Of a stretch of 52,986 nt of DNA, positions 19,000 to 29,070 are shown piece by piece. The stretch comes from Eubacteriales bacterium (GTDB taxonomy: Bacteria > Bacillota > Clostridia > Oscillospirales > CAG-272): NCBI GenBank assembly GCA_045638805.1, contig JAZUBZ010000021.1:1-52986 (forward strand), given 5' to 3'. The first letter of the stretch is position 1; each line of letters begins with the position of its first letter. A program made the translations under genes and the position numbers. The notes beneath the pieces are model-generated. The model was not told the DNA's origin. It was given only the letters and a program-made list of their open reading frames with translations, and made no database searches.

Positions 19000-19058
19000 T
19001 AATATATATAATGATGAAAAAAGATTTCGCACCGCTTATGCGGAGAATGGAGACTTAT

Positions 19059-19979
19059 ATGACGATAGAACAGAGAATCAAGAATCTTAGCGTACCTGAA
19101 GGGAAAATAGACGTTATCCTTGACACTGACGCTTACAATGAGATCGACGATCAGTTCGCAATTTCATACATGCTTAAGTCAACTGACAAATTTAACGTGA
19201 AGGGAATATGCGCCGCACCTTTCCACAATGATAAGTCAGAGTCATATGCAGATGGAATGAACAGAAGCTATGACGAGATCATAAAGCTTCTGGGGCTCAT
19301 GGGTATGGATGACTTCAAGAAAGAAGTATATCACGGAAGCAAAAAGTACCTGCCCGACGAGAAAACTCCCGTAGAATCCAATGCGGCAGACTTTATGGCG
19401 TATCTTGCCGATAACTACACTCCCGAAAATCCCCTTTATATTGTTGCTATCGGCGCTATCACAAACGTGGCGTCTGCGATACTCATAAATCCCCGAATGA
19501 TCGAGAATTGCGTTGTCGTTTGGCTTGGCGGAAACGGACGTCACAATCCCGTAGGTTCATGGGAGTTTAATATGATACAGGATATCCCTGCCGCACGCGT
19601 TGTCTTTGGCTGCGGTATCCCTCTCGTTCAGCTTCCTTGCGGAGGCGTGGTTGACCACTTTACCACTACAAAGTATGAGCTTGAGCATTGGCTTCGCGGT
19701 AAGAACGCGCTTTGTGATTACCTCGTTGACAATACTATCGAAGCGGCTGAGTCTTACGCTGCAGGTAAACCCTGGTCAAGAGTTATCTGGGACGTGACCG
19801 CTGTTGCATGGCTGATGAATGAAGGAAACAGATTTATGTCTGACGTGCTTGTACCCGCGCAGATACCCGAAGCTGACAAGCATTATTCATTCGACGACCG
19901 CCGTCACTTTATCAAATATGTATATGAGATATACCGCGATGCGCTTATGGAGCATCTTTTTGAGACACTTGCGAAGTAA
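19059..19979 (+). CDS. Nucleoside hydrolase (IUNH) family protein
   Basis: DTDAYNEIDDQFAI matches the N-terminal Asp cluster (DxDxxxDD) of inosine/uridine-preferring nucleoside hydrolases. The ATG at 19059 follows GGAGA. The 5-prime end is uncertain (19011, 19047 or 19059). Confidence 0.75.
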   Translation: MTIEQRIKNLSVPEGKIDVILDTDAYNEIDDQFAISYMLKSTDKFNVKGICAAPFHNDKSESYADGMNRSYDEIIKLLGLMGMDDFKKEVYHGSKKYLPDEKTPVESNAADFMAYLADNYTPENPLYIVAIGAITNVASAILINPRMIENCVVVWLGGNGRHNPVGSWEFNMIQDIPAARVVFGCGIPLVQLPCGGVVDHFTTTKYELEHWLRGKNALCDYLVDNTIEAAESYAAGKPWSRVIWDVTAVAWLMNEGNRFMSDVLVPAQIPEADKHYSFDDRRHFIKYVYEIYRDALMEHLFETLAK

Positions 19980-19990
19980 GGAGAAATGAG

Positions 19991-21601
19991 ATGGCAGACA
20001 GAAATACAGTATATTTCAGCGAATTTTTAACAGACGATCATACTGAGTCCTTTGCAAAGGCGATGGAATATCTCAGAAATCATCCGGATACAACCTTTGT
20101 TATCGAACCCGGCGTTTATAATATAACAACCCCTCTTGCAAGAGAGACACAGATGAACGTTATGTCAGGCAAGTACGGCAAAAAGCAAGAGAGGATCATA
20201 TTTAACCCTAAGTTTGAGTACAGCCGCGGAATTGATTTTTACGGACAATCAGGTACTGTGGTCAAAGCGTATGGCGTAACCATAATGGTTGACGGATTTA
20301 TGGAACCGGTTTCGCTCAGAGACTGTTCAAAAGTAGAGCTTTGCGGACTTGTGATAGATCACAAGAGAAAGCCTTACAGCCGAGGCGTGGTAACTAAGTT
20401 TGAAAAGCTGTCTGAGGAGGGAAATGCAAGGGCAACCATTGAGTTTGAGCCTCAGTGTCCGATACAGCCCGGAACTCCTCTCGATCTCAGATACATTTTT
20501 ACCAATCCCTCAACGTACGTAGATATTTTTGCCGAGGTGACAAACTTTGAGTTTGTTGACGAGTATCATATCAATGTTGAGCTTGAAAATGCGTACCATT
20601 TTGATGAGAATTATACAGAGTTTTATACTGTTCATACCTATCATTCCCGTCCCGCAATACTTATTGAACGAGCAAGTGATATAAAGCTTTCGGACGTTAT
20701 CGTCCACAGTCAGCCCGGTATGGGTATTGTCGGAAACAGAAGCCATAACGTTACACTCAGCGGTGTGTCAGTAATTCCTTCGATAGGTCACCACATGGCA
20801 ACCAATACGGACGGAACACATTTTACGTCTATGACAGGTCTTCTCCGATTTGAAAGATGTACCTTTGAGGGGCAGGGCGATGATTTCGTAAACATTCACG
20901 CATATTATCAGGCGATAATCGAACGCGTGTCTCCTACGGAATTCTATATGCAGGAAAAGACTCCCGACGGCACTCACGCACAGAGCCTTGATTACCCAGA
21001 CGTTGGTGATACGCTTGAACTTACAAATATCAAGACACTTGAGTATACCGATCAGTATACAGTCGTTGAGTGTGAGCCGCTTCCCGACGAATGGAAGTGC
21101 AGGATCGTACTTGACCGTCCGCTTCCCGAGAATACCGATAATCTTGTGCTTGCCGACGTGACGCGTCTTCCGCGTCTTGAGGTGGTGGGATGCCATGCGA
21201 GAAACCATTTCGCACGGAGTATTCTTGTGAAAACGAGAAATGCGCTGATCGAAAACAACCATTTCTATGGAGTTCAGTCACAGGCGATACGCGTAGCACC
21301 GGAGGCAGGCTGGTATGAGGGAGTTGCTCCTGCAAACGTGGTAATACGCGGAAACAGAATTGTAAACTGTAATTTTCTGTCCGAGGACAGAGGTGCGATC
21401 ACCGTTTTAGCTGATTCGGAAGACCCGAACGGTCAGTGCATGAAGAATATCGTTATCGAAGACAATATTATTGAATGTCCGACCTCTGACTATGGTATTC
21501 TCGTCCGCAACGTTGACGGAGTTACCGTGAGACGTAATCACGTAATTGCACGCTGTGAAAACGTAAAGATAGAGGCATGTACCAATATTGTTTGTGAATG
21601 A
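19991..21601 (+). CDS. Right-handed beta-helix protein with GH28-like motifs, paralogue 1
   Basis: 536 aa, no signal peptide. TNTDGTHF and GQGDDFVNIH resemble the NTDG / G-DD catalytic motifs of beta-helix glycoside hydrolases. Repetitive V/I-x-N-N segments are present. Confidence 0.65.
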   Translation: MADRNTVYFSEFLTDDHTESFAKAMEYLRNHPDTTFVIEPGVYNITTPLARETQMNVMSGKYGKKQERIIFNPKFEYSRGIDFYGQSGTVVKAYGVTIMVDGFMEPVSLRDCSKVELCGLVIDHKRKPYSRGVVTKFEKLSEEGNARATIEFEPQCPIQPGTPLDLRYIFTNPSTYVDIFAEVTNFEFVDEYHINVELENAYHFDENYTEFYTVHTYHSRPAILIERASDIKLSDVIVHSQPGMGIVGNRSHNVTLSGVSVIPSIGHHMATNTDGTHFTSMTGLLRFERCTFEGQGDDFVNIHAYYQAIIERVSPTEFYMQEKTPDGTHAQSLDYPDVGDTLELTNIKTLEYTDQYTVVECEPLPDEWKCRIVLDRPLPENTDNLVLADVTRLPRLEVVGCHARNHFARSILVKTRNALIENNHFYGVQSQAIRVAPEAGWYEGVAPANVVIRGNRIVNCNFLSEDRGAITVLADSEDPNGQCMKNIVIEDNIIECPTSDYGILVRNVDGVTVRRNHVIARCENVKIEACTNIVCE

Positions 21602-21610
21602 GATGAACCT

Positions 21611-23218
21611 ATGGAAAGAAATACAGTATATTTCAGAGAGTTTTTAACAGATGACCATACAGAGTCATTTGCCAGTGCAATGGAATACCTGAGAGAGCAT
21701 CCGTATACCACCCTTGTGGTAGAGCCCGGGGAGTACGTTATTACTACGCCCCTTGCAAGAGAAGCTCAGCGTGCCGTGATGGCGGGCGAATACGGTGATA
21801 ATCCGCAGAGAGTTATGTTTAATCCGAGCTACGAGTACAGCCGCGGCATAGACTTTTACGGTCAGACTGGTACTGTAGTTGAGGCGTGCGGCGTAAGATT
21901 GATAGTTGACGGCTTCATGGAGCCAATATCTCTCAGAGACTGTACTGAGGTAGAACTTCGCGGACTTACAATGGATCACAAGCGAAAGCCCTATAGCCGC
22001 GCTGTGGTTATCGAAGCAGGTGAGCCGGCGGATGATGGGACACGGGAGTGTGTGCTTGAATTCGATGAAGAATGTCTCATCAATAAGGGGACACCGCTGA
22101 AGATGCGAAGCTTGTTCTTTGATCCGAGTTCATACGAAAATATATACGCGCGGATAAACAGTTATGATTATATCGACGAGCGTCATATAAAAGCAAGCGT
22201 GGAAAACGCTTCGAGAATCATCCCGCACGTAACCGAATATTACACCGTCCATAGTTATCACTCACGTCCTGCCATACTTATTGAAAGGGCAAGCGATATA
22301 AGACTTACGAACGTTACAATACACAGCCAACCGGGTATGGGGGTTGTAGGTAACAGAAGCCATAACGTTACCTTAAGCGGACTTAAGGTAGTGCCGTCTA
22401 TAGGGCACCATATGTCTACCAACACGGACGCTACCCACTTTACGTCCATGACGGGACTTCTCCGCCTTGAAAACTGTACATTTGAGGGACAGGGTGACGA
22501 CTTCGTAAACGTTCATGCGTATTACCACGAAATAATAGAACGTGTGTCACCGTGTGAGTGCTACATGCAGGAGAAGACCCCTGACGGTACTCACGCACAA
22601 AGCCTTGATTATCCCGACGTGGGTGATAAGCTTGAACTTACCGACAGGCAGAACATGAAGCTTGTTGACAGCTTCACGGTGATTGAATGTGAGCCTCTTC
22701 CCGACGAGTGGAAGTGCAGAGTAGTGCTTGACCGTCCGCTTCCCGATAATACAGACGGGCTTGTTCTTGCAGACGTAACGAGACTTCCCAAGCTTGAGGT
22801 AGTGGGATGTCACGCGCGAACCCATTTTGCACGCAGTATACTTATCAAAACGAGAGACGTGCTTATAGAGGACAACCATTTCTTCGACGTGCAGGGCTCT
22901 GCCGTTCACGTGGCACCTGAGGCGGCGTGGTATGAGGGTGTGTCCCCCGAAAACATTACCATACGCGGGAACCGTATCGTGAAGTGCTGTTACCGCTGGG
23001 AGAGAAGGGGAGCTATCACCGTTATGGCTGATACTGCCGATCCCACTGCGAAATGCATGAAGAACATTGTGATCGAGGATAATATCATCGACTGTCCCAC
23101 CACAGACTACGGTATATTTGTCCGCAACGTGGACGGGGTGACGGTGAGACGAAACAGCATCATATCAAAACGTGAAGACGTTAAGATAGAATGCTGTGAC
23201 AACGTAAGCTTAGAATAA
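21611..23218 (+). CDS. Right-handed beta-helix protein with GH28-like motifs, paralogue 2
   Basis: 535 aa, collinear with the preceding gene over its full length and about two-thirds or more identical by eye. The same TNTDATHF and GQGDDFVNVH motifs are present. Confidence 0.65.
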   Translation: MERNTVYFREFLTDDHTESFASAMEYLREHPYTTLVVEPGEYVITTPLAREAQRAVMAGEYGDNPQRVMFNPSYEYSRGIDFYGQTGTVVEACGVRLIVDGFMEPISLRDCTEVELRGLTMDHKRKPYSRAVVIEAGEPADDGTRECVLEFDEECLINKGTPLKMRSLFFDPSSYENIYARINSYDYIDERHIKASVENASRIIPHVTEYYTVHSYHSRPAILIERASDIRLTNVTIHSQPGMGVVGNRSHNVTLSGLKVVPSIGHHMSTNTDATHFTSMTGLLRLENCTFEGQGDDFVNVHAYYHEIIERVSPCECYMQEKTPDGTHAQSLDYPDVGDKLELTDRQNMKLVDSFTVIECEPLPDEWKCRVVLDRPLPDNTDGLVLADVTRLPKLEVVGCHARTHFARSILIKTRDVLIEDNHFFDVQGSAVHVAPEAAWYEGVSPENITIRGNRIVKCCYRWERRGAITVMADTADPTAKCMKNIVIEDNIIDCPTTDYGIFVRNVDGVTVRRNSIISKREDVKIECCDNVSLE

Positions 23219-23236
23219 GAACTCAATATTTCAGAG

Positions 23237-23268
23237 ATCCCGAGGATAAAACGTCCTCGGGATTTTTC
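23237..23268 (+). terminator. Intrinsic terminator of the beta-helix operon
   Basis: 10-bp stem atcccgagga / tcctcgggat followed by TTTT. Confidence 0.75.
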
Positions 23269-23342
23269 TGTATTCGTGCATAAAAATTCCGCTTTCAGGC
23301 ACAATCTTAATAACTGATCTTTTTGAAAGAAGGGGCATAAAT

Positions 23343-24377
23343 ATGTCACACGGAATCATTACGCCGCGCCGCGGCGTTTATATCATCTCAAGCGGAGCAG
23401 TCGCGGGACACGAGGAAGAGGCGGGACCCATAGGCGGATGCTTTGACGCGGTAGATACAAATGAAGACCGTTTCGGTACGGACACGTGGGAAAAGGCGGA
23501 AAGCGAGATGCAGAGACTTGCAGTGGGCTTTGCGCTCAGTAAAGCGGGAGTGGACACGTCAGATGTGGGGGCAATGCTTGCGGGGGATCTTCTCAATCAA
23601 TGCGTAGGCTCCAACTACGGGCTAACGGATTATAGGATTCCATACATGGGTCTGTACGGTGCGTGCTCTACTGCGTCTGAGGGGATATTACTCGGTACTT
23701 TGCTTTGTTCATCGTCCATAGATAGAGCGGTGGCGGTCACATCCTCGCACTATTGTTCTGCGGAAAGACAGTTCCGCTTTCCCCTCGAATACGGCGGACA
23801 GAGGCCACCCACCGCGCAATGGACGGTCACGGGTTCGGGGGCGTTTCTTTTATCGGGTGATAAGGATGACTTAATGAAGATTGGTACAGATTACGTTCCC
23901 CGTGTGTCAGAGGTCTTGCCGGGATACGTTACCGATAAAGGAATATCGGATGTCAACAATATGGGCGCGGCGATGGCGCCTGCGGCGGCAGACACGCTGT
24001 ACAGGTATTTTAAAGAGGGACACGACCCGTCGGAGTTTGACCTCATAATTACGGGGGATCTCGGTAGTGAGGGAAGCGGTATTTTATGTGAACTGCTTTC
24101 CGAAGAGGGAGTGGACATTACAAAAAATCACGTTGATTGCGGATGTATCATATACAACGCTGACGAGGCGGACAAGCATGCCGGTGGTTCCGGATGCGGT
24201 TGCAGTGCAGTTGTCATGGCGGCGCATATTTTAAAAAACATCAGAGAAGGTGTACTGTCCGACGTGCTGTTTGTGGGTACGGGAGCTTTGATGAGCCCCC
24301 TTGTGCTGAATCAGGGGAGCAGTATTCCCGGTATCGGACATCTTGTTCGAATTACGGGAGAGAGGATTGGAAAGTGA
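23343..24377 (+). CDS. spoVAD: Stage V sporulation protein AD
   Basis: 344-aa thiolase-like protein. N-terminus and length fit SpoVAD, and it is followed by spoVAE. Confidence 0.88.
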   Translation: MSHGIITPRRGVYIISSGAVAGHEEEAGPIGGCFDAVDTNEDRFGTDTWEKAESEMQRLAVGFALSKAGVDTSDVGAMLAGDLLNQCVGSNYGLTDYRIPYMGLYGACSTASEGILLGTLLCSSSIDRAVAVTSSHYCSAERQFRFPLEYGGQRPPTAQWTVTGSGAFLLSGDKDDLMKIGTDYVPRVSEVLPGYVTDKGISDVNNMGAAMAPAAADTLYRYFKEGHDPSEFDLIITGDLGSEGSGILCELLSEEGVDITKNHVDCGCIIYNADEADKHAGGSGCGCSAVVMAAHILKNIREGVLSDVLFVGTGALMSPLVLNQGSSIPGIGHLVRITGERIGK

Positions 24378-24378
24378 T

Positions 24379-24747
24379 ATGGACGGAATACTCGGATACG
24401 TGACGGCGTTTGCTGTTGGCGGTGGAATATGTGTTATAGCGCAAGTTCTTATAGATAAAACAAAGCTGACCCCTGCAAGAATACTTGTGTCTTACGTGGT
24501 TGCGGGAGTTATACTGACGGGTGTGGGGCTTTACGAGCCTCTTGTGAAATTCGCGGGAGGCGGAGCTACAACCCCTCTCACGGGATTCGGTTATACCATT
24601 GCGAAAGGTGTAAAGGAAGCGGTAGATAAAGAAGGACTCATCGGTGCTCTGAAGGGCGGACTTACCGCAACCGCGGGAGGTATCACAGCCGCGCTGTTCT
24701 TTGGAGTTATAGCCGCGTTGATATTCAAAAGTAAGCCGAAAAGATGA
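24379..24747 (+). CDS. spoVAE: Stage V sporulation protein AE (SpoVAEB-type)
   Basis: 122-aa membrane protein with GLYEPLVKFAGGGATTPLTGFG, closely matching the SpoVAEB signature. The ATG lies 1 nt after the spoVAD stop. Confidence 0.85.
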   Translation: MDGILGYVTAFAVGGGICVIAQVLIDKTKLTPARILVSYVVAGVILTGVGLYEPLVKFAGGGATTPLTGFGYTIAKGVKEAVDKEGLIGALKGGLTATAGGITAALFFGVIAALIFKSKPKR

Positions 24748-24748
24748 T

Positions 24749-24791
24749 AAAGTACCGTGTCCGATACTGATTATTCGGAACACGGTACTTT
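24749..24791. terminator. Bidirectional terminator between spoVAE and the SLH gene
   Basis: Stem of about 16 bp, aaagtaccgtgtccga / tcggaacacggtacttt, with one bulge. Confidence 0.7.
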
Positions 24792-24818
24792 ACTTTAGTA
24801 TTTGAACTAAAAACTTGA

Positions 24819-26327
24819 TTATTGATAATAATGGAATCCTATGTCATTGAGTCTAACGTCCAGACCTGCGTCACTGAGAATCTCATTACCCATCTTGAGC
24901 ATATCATCACCCAGGTTCTTTACGTTTCCTATCGCAGTATAGACATCAGAATCATTACCTTCGTAATAACTGAAACTTATATTAGGATTTGCATTAAAGT
25001 CTCCTGCATCAAAAGTTCCTTCACCGTAGAAGAGAAGTTCTCCGTCAGCGTTATAGTATTCGTACATGAAGTCAATTTTTGTGGAATTTTTCGGAAGAAG
25101 GAAAGCGATATAATCGCTGTGACCCGTGTTATTGAATACATGAGCTCCAATGAGTGATAAGGACTGTACTTCTTCCCAATACATTATACCCATGCTGAAA
25201 CTTTCACTGTCGCTTGTCCAATAACGACCGTTGTCGGGATTTGTGACAGTTGCGTATTTATATATAACATCATAGGGACAGTAACCGCAAACTGTACATT
25301 TACCACCTGACATGGTGTGACCTCTGTATCCGCCTGCTGTGGCTCCGCATCTGTAGCATGTTGCAAGTTTTATACAGGTGGCGGGTGCATAATTGTGTCC
25401 GTATGCGTGGGTTCTGACGTTACCGCAAACGGTACATTTTTCAGGTTCGGTACACGTAGCCTTAGTAGGATAGTTATGAAGTCCCGCGTCGGGCTCTACT
25501 TCCTCACCGCAAGTCTTACACGTACCGCCGACTTTACATGAAAGGGTGTCGCAAAGGTGACCCGTGGGAAGACCGTCCGCCATGCCGCACTTAGCGCATA
25601 CTGCTGAAGCAGTACATGTTGCCTCGCTGAAGTCATGCTCGCAGTCACCGTAGAAATAGAGGGAAAGGAAGGACATAAACAGCTTTACTGCCTGTTCTCT
25701 CGTTACGGGCATCTGAGGAGATACAGCCTTGTGAGAGGTAGCGGTACTTGAGATAAGACCCGCGCAGATGGCGTATTTTACGCCGTCAACTGCCCATGCT
25801 GAGATCTTGTCCGCGTCGGTATAATCGTCGAGAATGCTGTCGTCAACAGTTACGGAATAGTTTTCCTTTTCCATAAAGCGCATAAATACGGTTGCAAGCT
25901 GTTCACGGGTCATGGTCATGTTGGGAGAAAAACGTCTTTCACCCGTGCCGTTCATGTATTCATTGAAGAATGCCCATTCCACAGCGTCGATGTACCAGCA
26001 GGTTTCGCTGTTGTCGCAGTCGTCAAAGGAATCCCAGCCTGCTACAGACGTATCAGCCTTAATAGCTCTCGCAAGCATTACAGCGAAGGTGGCACGGGTA
26101 AGCTCACCCTTGGGGTTAAAGGTGTATGTGTTTCCCGCACCGGAAATGATCTCGTTTGAGTAGCAGTAGATAAGTCCGGGAATATACCAGGAAGTCTCGT
26201 CTATATCTTCAAAGGGAAGCTTTCCGTGACTTGAGATTACACCTTCTGCTTCTGCTGCGTGGGTTACGAACGGAACGGATGACAAAAGGAAAGTCATCAC
26301 GATAAGGATAGAAATTAGCTTTTTCAT
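24819..26327 (-). CDS. Secreted SLH-domain cell-surface protein with a Cys-rich repeat region
   Basis: Signal peptide (MKKLISILIVMTFLLSSVPFVTHA), three SLH repeats (W-Y-I...TRA/TRE motifs), then five ATC-x4-C-x2-CG-like modules and a C-terminal domain of unknown function. Confidence 0.75.
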   Translation of the reverse strand: MKKLISILIVMTFLLSSVPFVTHAAEAEGVISSHGKLPFEDIDETSWYIPGLIYCYSNEIISGAGNTYTFNPKGELTRATFAVMLARAIKADTSVAGWDSFDDCDNSETCWYIDAVEWAFFNEYMNGTGERRFSPNMTMTREQLATVFMRFMEKENYSVTVDDSILDDYTDADKISAWAVDGVKYAICAGLISSTATSHKAVSPQMPVTREQAVKLFMSFLSLYFYGDCEHDFSEATCTASAVCAKCGMADGLPTGHLCDTLSCKVGGTCKTCGEEVEPDAGLHNYPTKATCTEPEKCTVCGNVRTHAYGHNYAPATCIKLATCYRCGATAGGYRGHTMSGGKCTVCGYCPYDVIYKYATVTNPDNGRYWTSDSESFSMGIMYWEEVQSLSLIGAHVFNNTGHSDYIAFLLPKNSTKIDFMYEYYNADGELLFYGEGTFDAGDFNANPNISFSYYEGNDSDVYTAIGNVKNLGDDMLKMGNEILSDAGLDVRLNDIGFHYYQ

Positions 26328-26541
26328 AATTATAATAGTCCTTTCTGATAAGCTGATTTAATCAAATTATATCATTAATGTATTTTAATGTCAATGAAAT
26401 AAACGGAACATTTCCATTTTTTGAGGTGATTCTTACAACTAATATATCCCCGTCCGCGAAAACTCCTCTTTCACAGACGGGGATGGTTAATATTATAATA
26501 ATCTGATAAATATTTACTTATTATAGAGTATACAAAAACAG

Positions 26542-27414
26542 TTACCTTTTAACACCGCCGAGCGCGTGAATGTATGCATCCTCAAGTGTCGGCTCAACCG
26601 ATACTGAATCGGTAAGTCCGCCGTCTGCAACATAGCGTACCTTCGCAACACCGTCAACGTAAGCCACGGATGTAACTATCGCATCGCGGCGGAGCATAGC
26701 TTCTTCTTCAGGTGTACCTGAGTGTTCCCAAAGCTTGCCTTTGATACCGTCGATAAACTCACCTTTGTCACCAACGTACTTCACTTGTCCCTTTTCAAGA
26801 ATGCAGATGTTATGGCAGAGATTTTCGATGTCCGCGGTGATATGAGTTGAGAAAATGATCGTTCTGCCCACCGCAATACGTGAGAGCAGGTTGAGAAAGT
26901 AGAGTCTTTCCTCGGGGTCGAGACCCGTTGTAGGTTCGTCGATGATAAGCACCTTCGGCTCGTCGATTATAGCCTGCGCGATTCCTGCACGGCGAAGCAT
27001 ACCGCCGGAGTAGTTGCCGAGGCGCTTCTTTTCTTCGCCCACGAGACCAACGGTTTCGATGGCACCCTCGATCTTCTCTTTACGAACTTTCTTATCCTTG
27101 ATACCCTTCATGATGCAAACATAATCAAGGAATTCTACGATATTCAGTCTCGGCATGAGCTTTGTGCTCTGAGGCAGATATCCGAGGGACTTACGGAACT
27201 CATCCCGATTGGATTTCAGTTCTTTACCGTCGAAGGAAATTTCTCCGTCGGTTTGATCCATAACCGTTGCGATGATTCGCATGATTGTAGTCTTACCTGC
27301 ACCGTTACGCCCGATGAGACCAAATATACCTTCGGGAATCTCGAAAGAAACATCGTCAAGCGCCTTTTTCTTGCCGAGGGGATAGATTTTAGTTAAGTTT
27401 TTTATTTCGATCAT
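26542..27414 (-). CDS. ABC transporter ATP-binding protein (ABC-2 / LanF-like)
   Basis: Walker A GRNGAGKT, signature YSGGMLRR, Walker B LIIDEPTTGLD. Confidence 0.9.
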   Translation of the reverse strand: MIEIKNLTKIYPLGKKKALDDVSFEIPEGIFGLIGRNGAGKTTIMRIIATVMDQTDGEISFDGKELKSNRDEFRKSLGYLPQSTKLMPRLNIVEFLDYVCIMKGIKDKKVRKEKIEGAIETVGLVGEEKKRLGNYSGGMLRRAGIAQAIIDEPKVLIIDEPTTGLDPEERLYFLNLLSRIAVGRTIIFSTHITADIENLCHNICILEKGQVKYVGDKGEFIDGIKGKLWEHSGTPEEEAMLRRDAIVTSVAYVDGVAKVRYVADGGLTDSVSVEPTLEDAYIHALGGVKR

Positions 27415-27438
27415 GGTTGAATTATTCCTTTCAAAGTA

Positions 27439-28194
27439 TCAATCTCCGAATCCCTTGTGGAGCTTTTCGCGGCGGAGGAGCAAGTACGTTACAACAAGCA
27501 AAACAACGGTTATTCCAAGGAAAATGATTCTGTTATATGTCCATGCATTTTTCAAAGCCGGCAAGTCAATATATTGTTCAGCCATTGCGTTAGGTACTTC
27601 ATCTCCTAACATATAGCTTGAAATAAAAGGATCAACGAAACAAAACTTGATATCATATATCCCCTTCTGAATGTCTTTACTTATCATCGAGAAAAATGTA
27701 CCTAAAAACATACAGATAAACAGCGGCGCATAACAGTTTCTTGTGATCACACGTATGAAACAAAACAGTACAAAGAAAAATGTTATACTTACAAACAGAG
27801 ATATTGCCAAATAAAATTTGAAGTTTTCGGGTATGTAAATTGGTATCCATTGTGGAGCGGGCCCGTCGTAGGGGATGTATTTATATAGCACCAATATCAC
27901 ATATGACGGCAGAAGTGTGCCTAAGTAAATGGGTAACGATTTATATAAAAACAGTTTTTCCGTACTCACGCCACAGACGAGGGCAAGCTCGATCTCGTTT
28001 TTATCAGGCAGAATAAACGAGCAAAGCAATACCAGAATAAACGGGACGATCACTTCGGACTTTTCAACATATCCTGCAAACTTCGGATGGGTTATGAGAA
28101 AACTCGGTTCCCATATTTGCGTTGTAAACGCAAGGATTGCTAAAGCTAACGGAAAGATCAGTATAGCTTTTTTGAATGAACGTATCAGAATCAT
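27439..28194 (-). CDS. Polytopic membrane protein, putative ABC-2 permease subunit
   Basis: 251 aa with about six TM segments. It lies immediately upstream of the ATPase in the same operon. Confidence 0.55.
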   Translation of the reverse strand: MILIRSFKKAILIFPLALAILAFTTQIWEPSFLITHPKFAGYVEKSEVIVPFILVLLCSFILPDKNEIELALVCGVSTEKLFLYKSLPIYLGTLLPSYVILVLYKYIPYDGPAPQWIPIYIPENFKFYLAISLFVSITFFFVLFCFIRVITRNCYAPLFICMFLGTFFSMISKDIQKGIYDIKFCFVDPFISSYMLGDEVPNAMAEQYIDLPALKNAWTYNRIIFLGITVVLLVVTYLLLRREKLHKGFGD

Positions 28195-28216
28195 AGATTA
28201 CACTCCTTAAGATCAC

Positions 28217-29053
28217 TTATATTTGTCTCCTTCGGGTACAGATATAACATATAGTATAGCAACCGATTGAAAGAAACAAGAAAACAAGTATCCACGTTGT
28301 GATCTCACGAATAGGATCCCTCATATATCCATATATCATTGGATGTATGTATTCTGTGTCATAGAAGTTCACATATTGATATGCATTGAAGTTAAATGTC
28401 CAAAAATATTTACTGAATGTGTTTGCCCCCATTACGTATGCGAGGTTGGTTCTAAGTGCGTACATAACTATGACGTATATACTTCCGACTATCACTCCAA
28501 GTCTTCCGTTTTTGAGGATTGCTGTCACCATGTAAGAAAGTCCTATGTAAAACAGAAGTATGGGCAACTCGCACGTTACAATGAGCCTGAAAATCCTTAT
28601 GACCGAATCAGCTATAAACTCGTTTACAGTAAATTCATAGAGTCCGCGAGTTATGCAGTAAGAATATACCGCAAAATATGAAGTAATCGTAAGTACTATA
28701 AAATTCACACTTATGATGGCGCATAGACGTCCCGTAAAATATGTTAGTGGGGAGACGCCTCCTGCCTTTTCGATTTCATAAAAACCGTTTTTATAATCCC
28801 CGTTTACAGCAAGCATGGTTGAAATTACTGCAAACAGCGGAATACCGTAACTCATCGTCCAAAGACTAAGCGCATTAGGGATAAGTTTCAGATATAGAAA
28901 GTAACTTACAGTAAAGTCTTCTGAATTATCTCCCACGAGGAAACCAAGTTTTGACTCGATGAACGTGTTAAGCAGGGTAAGGACGAGTATTATCCAGAAG
29001 ATCGGAGAACGAAAGAGTTTTTTTATAGTGTTAACGTAAGTTTTTCTGAACAT
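28217..29053 (-). CDS. Polytopic membrane protein, putative ABC-2 permease subunit
   Basis: 278 aa with about six TM segments, in the same operon. Confidence 0.55.
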   Translation of the reverse strand: MFRKTYVNTIKKLFRSPIFWIILVLTLLNTFIESKLGFLVGDNSEDFTVSYFLYLKLIPNALSLWTMSYGIPLFAVISTMLAVNGDYKNGFYEIEKAGGVSPLTYFTGRLCAIISVNFIVLTITSYFAVYSYCITRGLYEFTVNEFIADSVIRIFRLIVTCELPILLFYIGLSYMVTAILKNGRLGVIVGSIYVIVMYALRTNLAYVMGANTFSKYFWTFNFNAYQYVNFYDTEYIHPMIYGYMRDPIREITTWILVFLFLSIGCYTICYICTRRRQI

Positions 29054-29070
29054 GCCGCGCCTCCGAATAT

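Noticed and set aside
23219-23342. Missing spoVAC upstream of spoVAD, and a possible forespore (sigma-F/G) promoter GCATA...CACAATC at about 23278-23306.
   Set aside because: There is no room for spoVAC here, so it is probably elsewhere in the genome. The promoter match is only partial (about four of seven in the -10), so I did not call it.
26447-26482. Hairpin ccccgtc...gacgggg downstream of the ABC ATPase as an operon terminator.
   Set aside because: The stem is 7 bp with a 21-nt loop and only a weak T-run on the minus strand. That is too weak to call, so whether the SLH gene is co-transcribed stays open.
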